From NCBI GenBank assembly GCA_963761305.1, contig CAVXGK010000002.1, positions 192,001 to 256,000 on the forward strand: a DNA stretch of 64,000 nt, written 5' to 3'. A model generated the notes under the pieces. That model was not told the origin of the DNA. It did no database searches and saw nothing but the letters and a program-made list of their open reading frames with translations. The translations under genes and the position numbers were made by a program. How positions within the stretch are numbered: position 1 is the first letter of the stretch; the number at the start of each line of letters is the position of its first letter. Of this stretch, positions 61,204 through 64,000 are shown piece after piece. This stretch comes from an uncultured Gemmatimonadaceae bacterium (GTDB lineage: Bacteria; Gemmatimonadota; Gemmatimonadetes; Gemmatimonadales; Gemmatimonadaceae).

Positions 61204-61968
61204 TCACGGGCCTTTCACGGCGCGCTCGAACAACTGCATGTCGTCGGTGGCCAGTACGGCATGCAGCGCGAACAGACTGGACGGCCCGTTCCACTCGCCG
61301 CCGGACAGCGCACGCGCCGAGTGAAATCCCGCCGCGCGAACGGCCGCCAGCACCTGTGGGTTCCATTCGCCGTATGGGTACGCGAATAGATCCGACGCCG
61401 AACCCATGTTCTGCTGAAGATCAGCGCGGCTGCCGGCGACTTCCGACTCGAGCTGCGCCGGCGTCATGGTCGTGAGCTTGGGATGCGTGCGCGTGTGCGC
61501 CGCGATCGTCATTCCGGCCGCCTGCATCGCCTTGAGCTGGTCCCAGCGCATGCAGCCATCGTCCTTCCCGACGGCCGACGTGATGGTGAAAAACGTCGCC
61601 GTGTAGCCGAGTTGATGCAGGATCGGAAACGCGAATTCGTACTGCGTGAGCCACGAGTCGTCGAACGTGAGCACCACCGCGTGATCGGGCACCGGGGTGT
61701 CGTGCTGTATCGCCGACACGAGCGCGTCGAGCGAGATGACCTTGTCGCCAATCTGGGCGAGATAGTTCATCTGCTTTCTGAAGACGCCCGTGTCCACGTC
61801 GAGTTGACGCTGGATTGCGTCCTGACCGGGACGATGCGCCGCGATGCTATGGTAGACGAGAATCGGGACGCGGATGGAATCGCCCGGCGGCGCCGCGCCT
61901 GGAGCCTGGGCGCGGGCTGACTCCGCCATCATCAAGAGCGCGCAAACACTGATCAACATTTTCATCAT
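61204..61968 (-). CDS. Polysaccharide deacetylase (NodB/CE4)
   Basis: PILVYHS, LTFDD, HTRTHP, FAYPYG; signal peptide. Confidence 0.88.
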   Translation of the reverse strand: MMKMLISVCALLMMAESARAQAPGAAPPGDSIRVPILVYHSIAAHRPGQDAIQRQLDVDTGVFRKQMNYLAQIGDKVISLDALVSAIQHDTPVPDHAVVLTFDDSWLTQYEFAFPILHQLGYTATFFTITSAVGKDDGCMRWDQLKAMQAAGMTIAAHTRTHPKLTTMTPAQLESEVAGSRADLQQNMGSASDLFAYPYGEWNPQVLAAVRAAGFHSARALSGGEWNGPSSLFALHAVLATDDMQLFERAVKGP

Positions 61969-62077
61969 ACGCCTACTCGCGACGCCTGCACGAAACGTGG
62001 CAAGCAGGTTGTGATCCACCGCACTCAAGTCTCCCGGACCGGCAGCCGCTACTTAAGGCGTATTCGCCTGCCTCCCC

Positions 62078-63280
62078 ATGGAGCCAAACATGATCCGTCG
62101 CTCTGCCATTTTTTCCTTGGCGCTCTCCACCGCTTTCGCGGCGCTCCCGCTCCGCGCGCAGGTGGGCGGCGCCGGCTCGGTCGTGAACGGCCGAGTCGTC
62201 GTTCAAGTGTTCGTCACGCTGTCCGATGACGCGACCCCGTACCATCCGATCTCGGGCTTGCCGCTCGGGTTCATCCGTACGCCGCGCGACACGTCGATGG
62301 CGGTCACCGATCGCTCGGGCTCGGCCATCGTACTTCTCCCGCCCGGCCGCTATCGCGTCGTGTCGCTCGTCCCGACGCATTGGAAGGGCGTGCGCTACGC
62401 GTGGAACACTCCTATTGAAGTCAAAGAGGACATGGGTCAGGTCAACCTGCGTCGCACTGACGCGATCGCCGCCAAGGTCGTTGCGACGACGGTCACGTCG
62501 ACCTCGAACGGTGAGACCGTCGAGCGCACCGTCGAACGAAAGGAAGTAGTGCGCGCGGCCGTGCCCGTTGCGGTCGCTCCGGTTGCTCCGGTCGCTTCGC
62601 AGGCGCCCGCGCCGACGCCTGCCGTTGCTCCTGCTCCGGCTCCTGTCGCCATTTCGGTTTCCGAAGCCATGGCGGAACGAGCGGACCCGGCTCCCGCCGC
62701 ACCGGTGAAGGTCGTCGACGCTCGGCCGGCGAAGGTCGCTGACGCTCGGGCCGCGATGCCTCGCCCCGCGCTCGGCAGCTCTCGGACGAAGGGCCTGTTC
62801 ATCGGGCTCGACGCCGAGGGCAATGGTCTCCAGACAAACATGGCCGGCAGCTCGGTGGAGTCGGGAGCGGGCGCGGGCGTCGTTCTCGGATATGGGTTCA
62901 CGCGGCGTCTGTCTCTGTACGCCGACGTGAGTGACGCGCAGATGAACGCGACGGCCGGCGGCACGTACATGCTGGGGAACGCCGACTTCGGCGCGCGCGT
63001 GCACTTCCGCAGCGGTCACGTGATCGTGCCGTTCATCGAGTTGGGCGCGACCGCTCGCCAAGTGTCCACGACTCAGAGCGGCGTGACGTACACGGCGAAC
63101 GGCATTGGCGGTTCGGCCGGCCTCGGCTTCAACATCTACTTCATGCGTGCGGTGGCGCTCTCGACGGCCGCCGATTGGTCGATGGGTAACATCAACAACT
63201 ACCAGGTCGACAACCTCGTGGGCTCGTCGGTGAGCGCCATGACGGCGCGCGTGCACGTCGGCCTCGTCTGGTTCCCGTAG
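62078..63280 (+). CDS. Outer membrane beta-barrel protein with an N-terminal Ig-like domain and Pro/Ala linker
   Basis: Signal peptide, TDRSG...LPPGRY, PAPA linker, amphipathic strands ending VGLVWFP. Confidence 0.7.
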   Translation: MEPNMIRRSAIFSLALSTAFAALPLRAQVGGAGSVVNGRVVVQVFVTLSDDATPYHPISGLPLGFIRTPRDTSMAVTDRSGSAIVLLPPGRYRVVSLVPTHWKGVRYAWNTPIEVKEDMGQVNLRRTDAIAAKVVATTVTSTSNGETVERTVERKEVVRAAVPVAVAPVAPVASQAPAPTPAVAPAPAPVAISVSEAMAERADPAPAAPVKVVDARPAKVADARAAMPRPALGSSRTKGLFIGLDAEGNGLQTNMAGSSVESGAGAGVVLGYGFTRRLSLYADVSDAQMNATAGGTYMLGNADFGARVHFRSGHVIVPFIELGATARQVSTTQSGVTYTANGIGGSAGLGFNIYFMRAVALSTAADWSMGNINNYQVDNLVGSSVSAMTARVHVGLVWFP

Positions 63281-63309
63281 TCGTCGTCGCGGCAAAGCAA
63301 GCGTAGTAC

Positions 63310-63341
63310 AAAGCGCCCGGTGCTCGTGCACCGGGCGCTTT
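63310..63341. terminator. Bidirectional intrinsic terminator
   Basis: AAAGCGCCCGGTGC-TCGT-GCACCGGGCGCTTT between convergent genes. Confidence 0.85.
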
Positions 63342-63343
63342 CG

Positions 63344-63826
63344 CTATCCGACGAGCTGGCCGCAGCGCGAGCAGACGTAGAGCGAGCGCCACCGCTTGCG
63401 GCGATCGTAGTAGTCGTCGCTGTAGCGGCGCAGCCTCGTCATGAACACGACGAGCGTGACGAGGGCCGCCGCGACGAAGGCGAACTCGCCAATGTTCGCT
63501 CCGAAGCGGCGAAACACGTAGAAGCCGGCGGCGGCGAGTGGGATGGCGACGAGCAGCGCGACGCCCACCGCGGATTTCCGCTTCGGCGGACGCAAGCGAC
63601 GAACGATCTGTATGTCGGTCATGCCGCCCGTGCGCGCCTCCTCGGGCGCGTTCGGCGCTTCCTCGAGGCGGCCGGCGCTCTCGTAGTACAGGTCGGCGGC
63701 ATTCACGAACGCCGACGCGTTGCACTTCGGACAGCGCGCGTCGCGAAGCGGGCTGTCGTCGTCGGAGTCGAGTTTCGAGACCGCGTTGACCGCGGCATGC
63801 AACCATTCGAGTCGATCGTCGCTCAT
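63344..63826 (-). CDS. Hypothetical membrane protein with a split zinc ribbon
   Basis: CPKC ... two TM helices ... CSRC. Confidence 0.65.
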   Translation of the reverse strand: MSDDRLEWLHAAVNAVSKLDSDDDSPLRDARCPKCNASAFVNAADLYYESAGRLEEAPNAPEEARTGGMTDIQIVRRLRPPKRKSAVGVALLVAIPLAAAGFYVFRRFGANIGEFAFVAAALVTLVVFMTRLRRYSDDYYDRRKRWRSLYVCSRCGQLVG

Positions 63827-64000
63827 CGGGACTGGGGCGGGCCGGCCATTGGAAACGTTCACCTGAGAAGTTAGCGACTGGCGCCGAGGCCGCGTGCCCG
63901 CCCGGGCAGGGCAATCTTTTTGCCTTTTGTGGGCGTCGAGGTACCAATGTCAACCACTGCGCCCGCATCGTGTCGGGGGAGGCGGGAATGGACGGAATAC

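Noticed and set aside
63970..63992. Minus-strand TTCCCGCCTCCCCCGAC resembling a tRNA-Pro 3' end
   Set aside because: Weak match with no T loop, at the window edge; cannot be supported.
1..64000. Numerous long antisense or overlapping ORFs (e.g. 8866-10962, 11603-12829, 50539-52074, 61973-63331)
   Set aside because: Arg/Ala/Gly-rich shadow frames expected at high GC; they overlap well-supported genes and lack motifs.

Overview
This is a GC-rich bacterial window, probably Gemmatimonadota. That assignment is inferred from gene families (PadR plus duplicated ABC permeases, a VPS10-like hydrolase, a carboxypeptidase-regulatory/TonB-like protein) and is not proven. (1) 1-11.1 kb is backbone: a PLP aminotransferase, a DUF1259 protein, HemQ/ChdC, two small membrane proteins, a TolC-MFP-RND efflux operon and tRNA-Pro(GGG). 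(2) About 11.1-39.2 kb is a decayed genomic island bracketed by the tRNA-Pro 3' end (11095-11113) and a 17/19-identical copy (39190-39208). It carries a 104-nt tRNA/tmRNA-like RNA with two identical T-loop hairpins, a DEAD-box helicase, two 121-aa paralogs that share a leaderless promoter, PadR-ADOP permeases, an SDR/TetR pair, terminase and IS3 remnants, a broken BlaI/BlaR pair, a helically phased CGCCACCA array, an asnB-like gene and a TonB-like gene. Further accessory DNA runs to about 43.5 kb. (3) 43.5-64 kb holds amtB, an FAD oxidoreductase coupled to a TMTC-like glycosyltransferase, and a quinohemoprotein amine dehydrogenase cluster (SAM methyltransferase-qhpG, qhpA-D-C-B-F-E) with a variant gamma subunit. 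A CE15 esterase, an HWE kinase/receiver pair, a polysaccharide deacetylase and an outer-membrane protein follow. Many otherwise intact genes carry single-base frameshifts, most likely sequencing errors. All calls come from manual motif recognition; no database searches were run.
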